Shown in pieces: positions 1 to 9,887 of a stretch of 64,000 nucleotides of DNA. The notes below the pieces were generated by a model, which saw nothing but the letters and a program-made list of their open reading frames with translations, made no database searches and was not told the DNA's origin. Position 1 is the stretch's first letter. Each line of letters starts with the position of its first letter. The DNA is from an uncultured Victivallales bacterium (lineage in GTDB: Bacteria > Verrucomicrobiota > Kiritimatiellia > UBA8416): assembly GCA_964576795.1 (NCBI GenBank), contig CAZNWT010000002.1:65033-129032 (forward strand), written 5' to 3'. The translations under genes and the position numbers were made by a program.

Positions 1-646
1 TGCCACCGATAGCGACCCCAAGCTTTTGAAGACAATTGAGACGCTTCCTGATGTGCTCTACTCGACCCGCCACCATGTAACGATACCTCGCCGCCCGGAA
101 GGCGTTTTGGTCTACATGCGGACCGCCGAACGCAATGATGCGTTGGCCTATGTGAACCAACAAGGTGAAAGCATCACGGAGTCACAGATGGAGATTCTAC
201 GCGCGGCTGCCTGCACCCCGGACACGCCTGCCCTGCCGCGGCATGACGCGCATCACGGACTGGTACAGGCTGGCGTTGAACACATTGTCCGCGAAGAGAA
301 GCGCATCGGCGGTCAGCTTGGCAACCCGCGCGGGGCGAGATTCCGAACTTACGAGCGTCTGAAGCACTATGTTCAGGATATTCAGGGAACCCTGTTTGAG
401 GCGAACTCCGATGAGATCAACAGAGTCCTTGATGAAATCTACAAATTTCCGCTGCGCCAAGTCGCGACGGACACACTCAATCGCCAACTCAAAGCTGGCA
501 TTAGTGACGATCAACTGGCTGAACTTGCCCTTATGCTGCGCGCCGAGGGGCGACTCTGTTTGGTTCACGATGAAGAAGAGGGCCGTGAGCCCCGCATTGT
601 CTGCTCCATGGGGCTATTCAGCGAACCAGGGGAGGAGCAGTCATGA
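1..646 (+). CDS. 3' end of a large upstream gene (5' part lies outside the window); unknown function; stop overlaps start of the next gene (ATGA)
   Basis: Open frame continues to nt 1 (frame 2: ATDSDPKLLKTIE...). Stop overlaps the start of the PglX-like gene, suggesting an operon. No recognisable catalytic motif in the visible 215 aa. A BrxC-like identity is speculation only. Confidence 0.3.
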   Translation, partial: ATDSDPKLLKTIETLPDVLYSTRHHVTIPRRPEGVLVYMRTAERNDALAYVNQQGESITESQMEILRAAACTPDTPALPRHDAHHGLVQAGVEHIVREEKRIGGQLGNPRGARFRTYERLKHYVQDIQGTLFEANSDEINRVLDEIYKFPLRQVATDTLNRQLKAGISDDQLAELALMLRAEGRLCLVHDEEEGREPRIVCSMGLFSEPGEEQS

Positions 647-3600
647 CATTGAATCTCTCTCGCTGCCGTGACTATCTTAACGGTTTCGAATTTCAGAAGC
701 TGTTTATCGAAGAACTCGGATGGTCGAATCCCGGCGCACGGCATGAAACCCCGTTTGCGATCAAGGAGAAGTCATTTTCGCGCTGCCCTCTGGCAGAGCT
801 GGCCGGTGTCATTGCTTTGGAGATTAAGTCCGAGGATGGTGAGATTCCCGATGCCAAGACGCGTCTGGCTATCCATAAGGTCGTCGCAAAACACTACCAC
901 GAGAATCTTCTTATCTTCGTGGATGCCGCTAGCACTCAAAGCCTCTGGTACTGGGTCAAACGCCAGGACGGCAAGCTACACCCCAGAAGCCACACCTATG
1001 TAAAGGGGCAGCCTGGCGATCTGTTCCTCAGCAAACTGAGCGCCATGGTGTTCGAGATTGGTGATTTCGAGGCGACCGGAGACGTCCCCCTCATTGAGGT
1101 GACCGAACGTCTCAAGACTGCGCTTGATGTAGAGCAGGTCACCAAGAAGTTCTACGGCGAATTTCAGGATCAACATCTTGCATTCATGGACCTGATCAAG
1201 GGCATCAAAGATGAGAAGGACCGCCGCTGGTATGCCTCCGTCCTCCTGCATCGTCTGATGTTCATCTATTTCCTCCAGAAGAAGTTCTTCTTGGACGGCG
1301 GGGATGAGTTCTATCTACAGAACAAACTCGCAACCATGCAGCGAAAGGGCAAGGATCTCTATTTTCAAGAGTTCCTCAAGCCTCTCTTCTTTGAAGGATT
1401 TGCCAAACCAGAAGACGACAGAAGTAATTCCATCAAACAGCTCCTCGGAAAGATCAGATACCTCAATGGCGGCCTATTCCTCAGGCACCGCATTGAGATT
1501 GACTGGCCGAACATCACCGTACCTGACGAAGCATTCAAGAACCTGTTGACGCTCTTCGCTGACTATTCATGGAATCTGAATGATACCCCGGGCGGTAAGG
1601 ACAACGAGATCAATCCAGATGTCCTAGGGTATATCTTTGAGAAATATATCAACCAGAAGGCCTTTGGTGCGTACTACACCCGCCCCGAAATCACGGAATA
1701 TCTGTGCGAGCGCACTATTCATCAGCTCATTCTCGATGGGGTAAACAAGAACGCCACGGGGGCATCCCGTCGGTTTGACGAAATAGGCGACCTCCTCCTG
1801 AATCTCGACGCACGTCTCTGTCAGCTTCTGCTTGATCATGTCCTCCCGGATCTTCGCCTGCTCGATCCAGCCTGTGGTTCTGCCGCGTTTCTGGTTGCTG
1901 CCATGAAAACTCTGATCAACGTTTACTCCGCCGTCATCGGGAGGATCGAATTTCTTGGGCATAAAGGGCTCATGAAGAAGCTAGAGAAGATCCAAAAAGA
2001 TCATCCAAGCATCAGCTACTTCATTAAGAAACGCATTATCACGGACAACCTGTTCGGCGTAGACATCATGGAAGAGGCTGTGGAAATAGCAAAGCTGCGG
2101 CTGTTTCTCGCCCTCGTTGCTGCGGCGAGCAAGGTGGAGGAACTCGAACCGTTGCCCAATATCGAATTCAACATCATGGCCGGCAACTCCCTGATCGGGT
2201 TGCTGCATGTTGATCCATCCAAGTTCAACGCCCTAACCGGCGGTTCTGCACATAAGAAAAAACCTGCCATGGTTCGCGAGCCGGGGCCTGATGAGCTTGG
2301 GTTTGCAGTTGAGAGTAAGGTTGCGAAGACGCGCAAGGAGACCGAGCGTGAATATTTGGCCAAGATCCAGGGGCAGAAATTCGAGGAGCTGCTCAAAGAG
2401 AAGAACGAACTGGTGGCCGTCTATCGCCGTGCCACGGGATACGGCACCGACCTCCAACAGTTGCGCGATGGCATTAAAGCGAAGAAACAGGCCGCCCAGA
2501 GCATTCTCAACAAGCTGTTGCTTGAGCAATTCACGAGCTTGGACATCAAGTATGAGCAAGTCACCTGGGACGACAAGAAGAACAAGGCCGGGCGCTCAAA
2601 GAAGCGGGATCTTCGGGAATCCGACATCCTTGCCCAGAAGCCTTTTCATTGGGGCTATGAATTCGACGAAATCATCAATAAGCGAGGCGGCTTCGACGCC
2701 ATCATCACTAACCCGCCTTGGGAGATCTTCAAACCCAACGGCAAGGAGTTCTTCGAGGACTATTCGGATGCCGTGTCCAAGAAGAAAATGACAATCAAAG
2801 AATTCCAGAATGAGCAAGCGAAGCTCCTGAACAATCCGAGGATACTAAGCTCTTGGCTGGACTATCTCAGCGGATTTCCACATCTCAGTGGTTTTTTCCG
2901 ATCGGCGGAGCAATACCACAATCAGATCAGCATCGTGAATGGCAAGAAGGCCGGAACCGATATCAACCTTTACAAGCTCTTCTTAGAGCAGTGTCACAGT
3001 CTGTTGCGATCCGATGGGCGCTGCGGTATTATTGTCCCGAGTGGAGTCTATACTGATCTCGGAACGAAACAGCTGCGCGAGATGCTGTTTGGTTCATCCA
3101 GGATCGACCGTCTCTTCGGCCTCTCGAACGAGAAATTTGTCTTCGAGAACGTCCATCATGCCTTCAAGTTCTGCATCCTGTCGTTTGTAAAGGGGGGGAC
3201 GTCTGAGTCGTTTCAGGCAGCCTTCCGAATCAACCCACGTGAAGCTGTTGCGGCTGACAAACTTGAGGAGTTTCTGCATACATCGTCGGCTCATATTGAT
3301 GTTTCAGTCGGACTAATCAGGAAACTGGCCCCTGATTCGCTATCAGTTATGGAATTCAGGAGTGCGCTAGATGTCCAGATCGCGAAACAGCTCCTCCATG
3401 TCCCCCTTCTCGGAGAAGACATCCCTGGTCAATGGAATCTACGATTCTCTGCTGAGTTTCACATGACCAATGACAGTCACCTATTCAAGACGGAATCAGG
3501 AAAGGGGCGATTACCCCTGTATGAGGGGAAGATGATCTGGCATTTTGATCATCTATATGCAGATCCAAAATGGTGGGTTGAAGAAAATGAGGGGCGTCTG

Positions 3601-4203
3601 AACCTACTTGGCAAGGAAGATGACTCGGGCCAGAAGCTAGGATATGAGTCAATTCGTCTTGGGTTTCGCGACATAACGGCAACAACAAATGAACGATCTC
3701 TTATTGCCTCAATAATCCCGGCGAAATGCTATGCGGGAAACACTCTGGTTGTGTCGTCCACGCAGAATGATCCCCACACTCTGGTGTTTGTTACTTCGCT
3801 CTTCGATAGCTTCACAATCGACTGGCTCATTCGAAAGAAGATAACGGCTCACTGTAACATGTTCTACATGTATCAGCTTCCGATTCCCCGCCTGACCAAA
3901 AAGGATGCGGCCTTGCTCTCTATTGTGGAACGGACAGCCCGCCTGATCTGCACGACTTCCGAATTCGACGATCTTGCGAAAGATATCTTTGGTGGGCGGG
4001 CAACGGCGAAATCTGTTGGTGTAACCGAGTCCGTAGCGTGCGCCAAGCTCCGGGCAGAGCTGGACGGACTCATCGCGCACCTGTACGGGCTAACGGAGGA
4101 TGAGTTCGCGCACATTCTCACGACCTTCCCGCTTGTGCCAGACCCCGTAAAGGTTGCGGCCCGCAATGCGTATCGTGATGTGGAGAAAGGACTGATCAAA
4201 TGA
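643..4203 (+). CDS. PglX/MmeI-family N6-adenine DNA methyltransferase (BREX PglX-like / type IIL-like), 1186 aa
   Basis: Motif 'GAYYTRPEI', SAM motif I 'LDPACGSAAFLVAAM' (~aa 407), motif IV 'ITNPPWEIFKP' (~aa 690), long C-terminal TRD-like region. The size is typical of PglX. Translationally coupled to both flanking genes. Confidence 0.75.
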   Translation: MTLNLSRCRDYLNGFEFQKLFIEELGWSNPGARHETPFAIKEKSFSRCPLAELAGVIALEIKSEDGEIPDAKTRLAIHKVVAKHYHENLLIFVDAASTQSLWYWVKRQDGKLHPRSHTYVKGQPGDLFLSKLSAMVFEIGDFEATGDVPLIEVTERLKTALDVEQVTKKFYGEFQDQHLAFMDLIKGIKDEKDRRWYASVLLHRLMFIYFLQKKFFLDGGDEFYLQNKLATMQRKGKDLYFQEFLKPLFFEGFAKPEDDRSNSIKQLLGKIRYLNGGLFLRHRIEIDWPNITVPDEAFKNLLTLFADYSWNLNDTPGGKDNEINPDVLGYIFEKYINQKAFGAYYTRPEITEYLCERTIHQLILDGVNKNATGASRRFDEIGDLLLNLDARLCQLLLDHVLPDLRLLDPACGSAAFLVAAMKTLINVYSAVIGRIEFLGHKGLMKKLEKIQKDHPSISYFIKKRIITDNLFGVDIMEEAVEIAKLRLFLALVAAASKVEELEPLPNIEFNIMAGNSLIGLLHVDPSKFNALTGGSAHKKKPAMVREPGPDELGFAVESKVAKTRKETEREYLAKIQGQKFEELLKEKNELVAVYRRATGYGTDLQQLRDGIKAKKQAAQSILNKLLLEQFTSLDIKYEQVTWDDKKNKAGRSKKRDLRESDILAQKPFHWGYEFDEIINKRGGFDAIITNPPWEIFKPNGKEFFEDYSDAVSKKKMTIKEFQNEQAKLLNNPRILSSWLDYLSGFPHLSGFFRSAEQYHNQISIVNGKKAGTDINLYKLFLEQCHSLLRSDGRCGIIVPSGVYTDLGTKQLREMLFGSSRIDRLFGLSNEKFVFENVHHAFKFCILSFVKGGTSESFQAAFRINPREAVAADKLEEFLHTSSAHIDVSVGLIRKLAPDSLSVMEFRSALDVQIAKQLLHVPLLGEDIPGQWNLRFSAEFHMTNDSHLFKTESGKGRLPLYEGKMIWHFDHLYADPKWWVEENEGRLNLLGKEDDSGQKLGYESIRLGFRDITATTNERSLIASIIPAKCYAGNTLVVSSTQNDPHTLVFVTSLFDSFTIDWLIRKKITAHCNMFYMYQLPIPRLTKKDAALLSIVERTARLICTTSEFDDLAKDIFGGRATAKSVGVTESVACAKLRAELDGLIAHLYGLTEDEFAHILTTFPLVPDPVKVAARNAYRDVEKGLIK

Positions 4204-5378
4204 AGAAACAACCAAGCCTAACGAGTGTACGCATTCGCAATTTCAAAGCTATACAGGATAGTGGCACCATTAAATTGGAGCCCCTAACGGTTCTGATTGG
4301 GAACAACGGTTCAGGGAAGAGTAGTTTTATCGAAGGCCTGGAAACGTTTGAACGAATAGTACAAGAGGATCTTGATAGTTCCATGGCGCCATGGCATGGA
4401 TTCGATCACGCTTGGAATCAGGGCGTGTCGCATGAAGACCGGCTAGAGACGAAGGAGAAGCGGGCATACCAGACAAATCCTATGACCTTTACCATCACGG
4501 GGAAACATGGAGGCCGCTTTTTGGGGGCTTTTCGCGCGGAGATGGATATTACCATGGGTAATGGAGGAAATGACCTCTTCATTCAGCGGGAGAAGTTGAA
4601 CTTCCGAAAGGGAATCAAGATAGAGCGCGACGACTCAGGGCTTGTGAAATATGACCCCATGCCGCCAGGACGCCAACAGGGCGGGCTGATGGCCGAGGGG
4701 AAATCTGTCATGCAGGACCTCGGTGCTGGTGGCATAGGTCACTGGCAATTTCTTACTCTGGTTCCCCAGAACATGGGGGAACCCGTCGCACAGAAGCGCA
4801 CAGGCGGCAGTATTCGGCTGAGTAAGGATGGCACGAATATAGCTCAGTACCTCCATTGGGTAAAACAGACCGATTCTGCTGCATTTGAGGGCATTCTTGA
4901 CACTATGCAGTACGTCCTTCCCTATGCGCGGGACCTGCAACCGAAGCTCACATCCGAACTCGAACGTGCCGTCAGCCTTGAAATGACCGAACAGGAGTAC
5001 AAGATTCCAGGTTGGTTGTTCTCTACCGGTACGCTTCGTATTCTTGCCCTTCTTGCCCTCCTTCGTAGCCCGGGACCTCCTCCATTAATTGTGGTAGAGG
5101 AAATCGAGAATGGGCTTGATCCCCGGACTATTCAGTTGGTTCTAGAGGAAATTCGAATGTCCGTCCAAGCGGGAGATACACAGGTTATACTAACCACTCA
5201 TTCTCCCTATCTTCTCGACATGCTGCACCTTCAGCATCTGGTGCTCTGTGAGCGAGTCGATGGTGTCCCTACGTTCGTTCGTCCGGCGGACTCAGAGGTG
5301 GTGAGTGATTGGGCTTCAAGCTTTACTCCTGGGAAGTTGTACACGATGGGACGTCTCGACAGGGGGTCGCGATCATGA
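4200..5378 (+). CDS. ABC/AAA-type ATPase (AAA_21/OLD-like, SMC-type head), 392 aa
   Basis: Walker A 'LIGNNGSGKSS', Walker B/D-loop 'LIVVEEIENGLDP', H-loop 'LTTHSPYLLD'. Start overlaps the stop of the upstream methyltransferase gene. Confidence 0.8.
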   Translation: MKKQPSLTSVRIRNFKAIQDSGTIKLEPLTVLIGNNGSGKSSFIEGLETFERIVQEDLDSSMAPWHGFDHAWNQGVSHEDRLETKEKRAYQTNPMTFTITGKHGGRFLGAFRAEMDITMGNGGNDLFIQREKLNFRKGIKIERDDSGLVKYDPMPPGRQQGGLMAEGKSVMQDLGAGGIGHWQFLTLVPQNMGEPVAQKRTGGSIRLSKDGTNIAQYLHWVKQTDSAAFEGILDTMQYVLPYARDLQPKLTSELERAVSLEMTEQEYKIPGWLFSTGTLRILALLALLRSPGPPPLIVVEEIENGLDPRTIQLVLEEIRMSVQAGDTQVILTTHSPYLLDMLHLQHLVLCERVDGVPTFVRPADSEVVSDWASSFTPGKLYTMGRLDRGSRS

Positions 5379-5971
5379 AGATTGGGATGATCTTTGAAAG
5401 CGGTGCGCAAGGAGCCGACTGGCAGGTCTGCAAGCATCTTGCAGAGAAGCTGAACCCGAGCTTGGATGTAGAATATGTCAACCACAGAAACAAACCCGAA
5501 ATGGTCAGTGACTGTGGCAAGGATGTCCGACTCCTTATTGCGCAGGGCTGCGAGAAAGTCCTCATCGTATGGGACCTCTATCCTTCACCGCACGGTAGTA
5601 ACCAAAAGCCATGTCGCAAAGCAGATCGAGACGCCATAATGCAGTCCCTCACGTATGCCGGAATGGAGGCCAAACCTGTTTGTCTTGTCTGTATCACCGA
5701 AGAGTTGGAGGCGTGGCTATTGGCAGACGGAAGAGCACTCACTGCATGTCTTTCAAGAACAAGCCATCCGGTAAAAAGGATCAGGAGCAGCAAAAAACCG
5801 GACCAGATCATCAGCCCAAAGAAGCGTCTGATTAAGCTGTTCAAGGAGAATGGGCGCGGGAAGTACAACAGTCTTGTTGATGCGATGCGCATCATCAAAG
5901 AGCTACCTGATATGACCCATATCCGGCGATCACCATCCTTCAAGCGTTTTGAGGAAAAGTTGACAACATGA
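5375..5971 (+). CDS. Small DUF4276-like protein, partner of the ATPase (TOPRIM-like? family assignment from memory)
   Basis: ATG at 5375 overlaps the ATPase stop (ATGA). The N-terminus 'MKIGMIFESGAQGADWQV' resembles the DUF4276 EG..E start. Such small proteins habitually follow AAA_21 ATPases in defence islands. Confidence 0.4.
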   Translation: MKIGMIFESGAQGADWQVCKHLAEKLNPSLDVEYVNHRNKPEMVSDCGKDVRLLIAQGCEKVLIVWDLYPSPHGSNQKPCRKADRDAIMQSLTYAGMEAKPVCLVCITEELEAWLLADGRALTACLSRTSHPVKRIRSSKKPDQIISPKKRLIKLFKENGRGKYNSLVDAMRIIKELPDMTHIRRSPSFKRFEEKLTT

Positions 5972-5985
5972 AGAGGCTTAGCAAA

Positions 5986-6076
5986 CCGCCAATGGCGGGC
6001 GAAAAGCAACTGTTGCTCCTGCACTATTTCTGTGTTGACAGCTCCAGTCGAATATACTACTCATTTGAGTAGCGTT
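5986..6076 (+). promoter_or_regulatory. Promoter/operator region of the lexA-like gene. Hairpin CCGCCAATGGCGG (5986-5998); palindromes AGCAACTGTTGCT (6005-6017), CTGTGTTGACAG (6030-6041, contains TTGACA) and CTACTCATTTGAGTAG (6056-6071, 5 nt before the ATG)
   Basis: Perfect inverted repeats read directly from the sequence. A -35-like TTGACA sits inside the second palindrome. The third palindrome overlaps the -10/RBS region. Confidence 0.4.
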
Positions 6077-6694
6077 ATGAAGGGGCCAACACCAAAACAG
6101 CGACAGGTACTGGATTACATCCGAGATGCAATCGACTCGGGGCAACCAACGCCATGCGTTCGGGAAATGCGGGACCATTTTGGGCTTCGCAGTACGAGAG
6201 CCGTCTGTGATCGTTTGGATGCCCTCGAGAAGAAGGGCTTGATTGATCGGGATCCAGGGAAAGCACGCTCCGTTCGCCTCGTGGGGGAGGAAGCGAGACA
6301 AGAGGCAACGGTGGTTGTTCCCGTACTGGGTCACATCCCGGCCGGCGTTGCTGTAGATGCCGAGGAGATGGTTGAAGGGACAATTCGTATCGGCGTCGAA
6401 ACGCTTGGCTTCGAGCCGACAGGGAAGACCTTCGCTCTGGTCGTCCATGGTGATTCCATGGAGGGTCGCGGAATTCTAGATGGCGACAGGATCATTGTTG
6501 ATGGAACACGGGAAGCGGAGAACGGCGACATGGTTGCGGCTTTGATAGATCAGGCGTGTTCTCTCAAGACTCTGGTAAAGGATGCAGACGGAGTATTCCT
6601 GAAGCCGGAAAACCCGGCATACGGGAACCTTATACCTGTTGATGACTTACTGATTCAGGGCGTGGCAAGAACGCTAATACGAACAATCGCTTAG
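6077..6694 (+). CDS. lexA: LexA-family repressor (N-terminal winged HTH + S24 self-cleaving peptidase), 205 aa
   Basis: wHTH 'QRQVLDYIRDAIDSGQPTPCVREM', Ala-Gly cleavage site 'IPAGVAV', Ser nucleophile 'HGDSMEG', Lys 'SLKTLVKD'. Sits 7 nt upstream of the second methyltransferase. Confidence 0.8.
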   Translation: MKGPTPKQRQVLDYIRDAIDSGQPTPCVREMRDHFGLRSTRAVCDRLDALEKKGLIDRDPGKARSVRLVGEEARQEATVVVPVLGHIPAGVAVDAEEMVEGTIRIGVETLGFEPTGKTFALVVHGDSMEGRGILDGDRIIVDGTREAENGDMVAALIDQACSLKTLVKDADGVFLKPENPAYGNLIPVDDLLIQGVARTLIRTIA

Positions 6695-6701
6695 ATAGCC
6701 A

Positions 6702-9700
6702 ATGAACAAGCAGAGCAAAACGATAAGCCGAAAGGCACTGGTCGACGCACACCGCAGAGAGGCGCCAGCAGGGCTGCTATTTTATGGCTCACCGGCCGAA
6801 ATGAAGGCCGACTCAGCGCTTACGCCCTATCTTCATGTGCTCATCCGCGCATGGGATGATTTGGGGCTGAGTGGAGTGCTCTGCGTTGATGGTTTGCCGA
6901 CGCTGTATCTTGCCGTCCGGAGTAAGCCGGTTTCCCCAAGCGATGGTGCGTCCCTACAGCGCCTCTTCTGGAATCAAGGCGTTGCAACAGTGCTTGTTGT
7001 TGCCGATGCAACAACCGTCCGCGTCTACTCCGGTTTGGCCAAGCCCACACGTGCGGATGCCTCAACGGGGGAAGACATCGGCCTGGTCGAGGCGCTGAAT
7101 CTTGCGGATTATGCTGTCAATGTGCGCACTTTCCTGCTGCGACTGGCAACGGGCAGTTACTATCGAGCCAACGCGGCGCATTTCTCCCCAGAGCAAACCG
7201 TTGACGCATATCTGCTGAACAACCTGCGGAAGCTCTGTGACAAGCTCGTCGAGAGCAACAGCCGACTCAACGTTGAGAAGGTACACACATTCCTGGCCCG
7301 TATTCTCTTCGCGTGCTACCTGATTGATAGGGGAATCATCGACTTGGATGACCACACAGAATGCCAGCGTTCTTCCGCAACGTCGCTTGGACAGATGCTT
7401 GACGCCTTGGGAACGGTCGAAGACAAGAGACATGCGCTTCATTGCCTTTTCGAAAGGTTGAAGAATGACTTCAACGGGAGCATGTTTGAGCGTGCGACCC
7501 TTTCCGAATGTAGGCAATTGAGTGCCGCTGCGTTGCAGAGTCTGACGGATTTTCTCCAGGGCCATGACCTAGGGACAGGACAATACACTCTTGATTTCTG
7601 GGCGTACGATTTCCGTTTCATTCCCGTGGAGACGATCAGCGCGGTCTATGAAGATTTTCTAAAACGCGAAGACGAGCCAGAAAAGCGGGCCAAGGGCGCA
7701 TACTACACGCCGAGGTTCCTAGCCGAGACGGTCATTGACTTGGCAATCCCTGCTGACGAAACGCTTGAGGGTAAACGCGTCCTTGATCCCGCCTGCGGTT
7801 CCGGCATATTCCTTGTAACGCTTTTTAACCGCATGGCAACCGCATGGGAAGCCGGGCACCCGACCTTGGCGCGTGACTATGGGCGCAAGGCGGACGCCCT
7901 AAACGCTATACTACGTGACCAACTTTGCGGAGTAGATGTCAACCCAACAGCATGCCGCATTGCTTGCTTCAGTCTCTACCTTGCATTTCTTGATCGCTTC
8001 GATCCGCCAGACGTTCAGGGCTATGTTCGTCGTAAGGGAAAACTGCCCAGCATTCTTCTCCATCGCGATCCTAATTCCGACGACTTGCCGACCTTCCCCG
8101 TAATCCGTGAAGACGACTTCCTGGCCCCCACCCATAAACTACCCGAGGGTTTCGATTATGTTGTCGGCAATCCGCCGTGGGAGGGGCGGGGGGCGAGGAA
8201 TGGCAAACATCATCAATTTGCCCGGAAGGTACCCGACCATCTCGCCGAAGGAGCCGTGGCCTGTCTGCTTCTGCCGTCAAAAACCTTCCTGAACGATAAG
8301 ACGAATCAGTTTCAGAGCGAGTGGTTGCGAACCGTGACCGTCGAGGAGGTGGTCCAGCTCGCCGACTACAGTTTCATCTTATTCAAAGAGGCGAAATGCC
8401 CGTGCATGATTGTGCATTTCAGGGCTGCTTTGCCTGACGTGACTGATGCTCTGATCCAGTATTCGGTGCCCAAAGTAACCCATATTGACCGGCGCGATGG
8501 CATCATCCCTGTGGCCCCCGCCGACAGGAAGTTCATCCCCCTCCGACGGATACTGGCTGCTGCGGATCAAGACGCTGCACCTGCAGTCTGGAAAGAATAT
8601 CTCTGGGGCACGCCCCGCGACATCAAGCTCCTCGATCTGCTTCAGCAAATGCCAAAACTGGGTGACATTGCAGGAAAGCCCCGCGAGAAACTGCGGTGGG
8701 TGAAAGGAGAAGGGTTCCAGCCTGCCACCAAAAGTACAACGAACCCGACTCAGCGCCCTTGGAAGAATACCAAACCATTCTTGAAGGCTTCCGCTCCGTT
8801 CCCCGGTCTGTTTGTCCTGCCGGATGACTGCTCTCCCCTCGGCGAGCGGTTCCCTCTGCTTCACCGTGCACGTAACCCCCGTATCTACGAGTCCCCCCTT
8901 GTGTTGGTGAGTCAAGGAATTGGCAAAGACGGATCTGCGAAAGTTACGTATTGCGCTGAGGACGTCGTTTTCCAGGACTCGCTTCAGGTAATCAGCGGGC
9001 CTGCCGAGGACGAAGACCTGCTGATCTTCTTAGCTGTATACGTGCGCTCAAAGCTCGCCAAGTACTTCCTGTTCAATGTTGCAGCGAACTGGGGAACCGA
9101 ACGGGACAAAATGCTGCTTACGGAGCTTCTCTCGCTTCCCCTTCCGTTGCCAGGTTGCGATTACGTTCCAGCGACTGCCGACAAAATCCTAAAGAAGATC
9201 GCCCAGCGGGTCAAAGCACTCAAGCGCCGAATGCTGACCACGCAGCCGGACGCAGATGACGTGTTGGCGCATCAGCAATGGACTGATAACCGGCGGAGAG
9301 AAACCGAAGACCTCCAGCTTGAACTTGATCCTCTTGTGTTTGAGTACTTCGGCCTCATAGACCAGGAGATTGCGTTGGTTGAAGACTGTGTTGACATCGT
9401 CATCCCAAGTGCGACGCCAGCCAGCTTGAGCGCAGAACTGCGAACCCGCGCCCCCATCCAGAAGAACAACTATGAGAACTACTCCGGCGGGCTTTCTTCG
9501 TATGCCGAGACTCTTGGTAACACACTCAATGAGTGGGCCGGGCAATCGCAATCTGACGTGAGAGTGTCGATATCCGGGGGTGTCCATAAAGCCAGTGACA
9601 TGGCCTGCCTTACGGCTGAACTAACAGCCGATCCGCAGCCATTCAGAGAAGTAACACCTTCAGACGAGACTTTCCTATCCGTCGCCAGGCTGGCCGAATC

Positions 9701-9887
9701 ATCGTCATCTCGATCAGGCTGCCTTGACTACCTGCGTGGCATCATTGCATTTGATGGGACTTTCATCCACATTTTCAAGCCGACGGCCCTCATTGGCTGG
9801 ACCCGAACAGCGGCGCTGAACGACGCCGCGGAGATCTATGCCCGTATAGCGGATGCTCGCAACGCCATGCGGGAGGTCGATGCGTGA
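6702..9887 (+). CDS. Second PglX/type-IIG-like N6-adenine methyltransferase with C-terminal TRD-like half and no recognisable nuclease domain, 1061 aa
   Basis: 'KGAYYTPRFLAETVIDLA', motif I 'LDPACGSGIFLV' (~aa 361), motif IV 'VVGNPPWEG' (~aa 489). Long C-terminal region resembles MmeI/PglX TRDs. Confidence 0.8.
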   Translation: MNKQSKTISRKALVDAHRREAPAGLLFYGSPAEMKADSALTPYLHVLIRAWDDLGLSGVLCVDGLPTLYLAVRSKPVSPSDGASLQRLFWNQGVATVLVVADATTVRVYSGLAKPTRADASTGEDIGLVEALNLADYAVNVRTFLLRLATGSYYRANAAHFSPEQTVDAYLLNNLRKLCDKLVESNSRLNVEKVHTFLARILFACYLIDRGIIDLDDHTECQRSSATSLGQMLDALGTVEDKRHALHCLFERLKNDFNGSMFERATLSECRQLSAAALQSLTDFLQGHDLGTGQYTLDFWAYDFRFIPVETISAVYEDFLKREDEPEKRAKGAYYTPRFLAETVIDLAIPADETLEGKRVLDPACGSGIFLVTLFNRMATAWEAGHPTLARDYGRKADALNAILRDQLCGVDVNPTACRIACFSLYLAFLDRFDPPDVQGYVRRKGKLPSILLHRDPNSDDLPTFPVIREDDFLAPTHKLPEGFDYVVGNPPWEGRGARNGKHHQFARKVPDHLAEGAVACLLLPSKTFLNDKTNQFQSEWLRTVTVEEVVQLADYSFILFKEAKCPCMIVHFRAALPDVTDALIQYSVPKVTHIDRRDGIIPVAPADRKFIPLRRILAAADQDAAPAVWKEYLWGTPRDIKLLDLLQQMPKLGDIAGKPREKLRWVKGEGFQPATKSTTNPTQRPWKNTKPFLKASAPFPGLFVLPDDCSPLGERFPLLHRARNPRIYESPLVLVSQGIGKDGSAKVTYCAEDVVFQDSLQVISGPAEDEDLLIFLAVYVRSKLAKYFLFNVAANWGTERDKMLLTELLSLPLPLPGCDYVPATADKILKKIAQRVKALKRRMLTTQPDADDVLAHQQWTDNRRRETEDLQLELDPLVFEYFGLIDQEIALVEDCVDIVIPSATPASLSAELRTRAPIQKNNYENYSGGLSSYAETLGNTLNEWAGQSQSDVRVSISGGVHKASDMACLTAELTADPQPFREVTPSDETFLSVARLAESSSSRSGCLDYLRGIIAFDGTFIHIFKPTALIGWTRTAALNDAAEIYARIADARNAMREVDA

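Noticed and set aside
165-1003. Small overlapping ORFs (165..362, 197..568-, 369..671, 668..1003)
   Set aside because: All overlap the confidently coding frames of the first two genes.
6702-9887. Considered the 1061-aa protein as BREX PglZ following PglX
   Set aside because: It has clear methyltransferase motifs I and IV (DPACGSG, NPPW) and no alkaline-phosphatase-like signature. It is a second methyltransferase.
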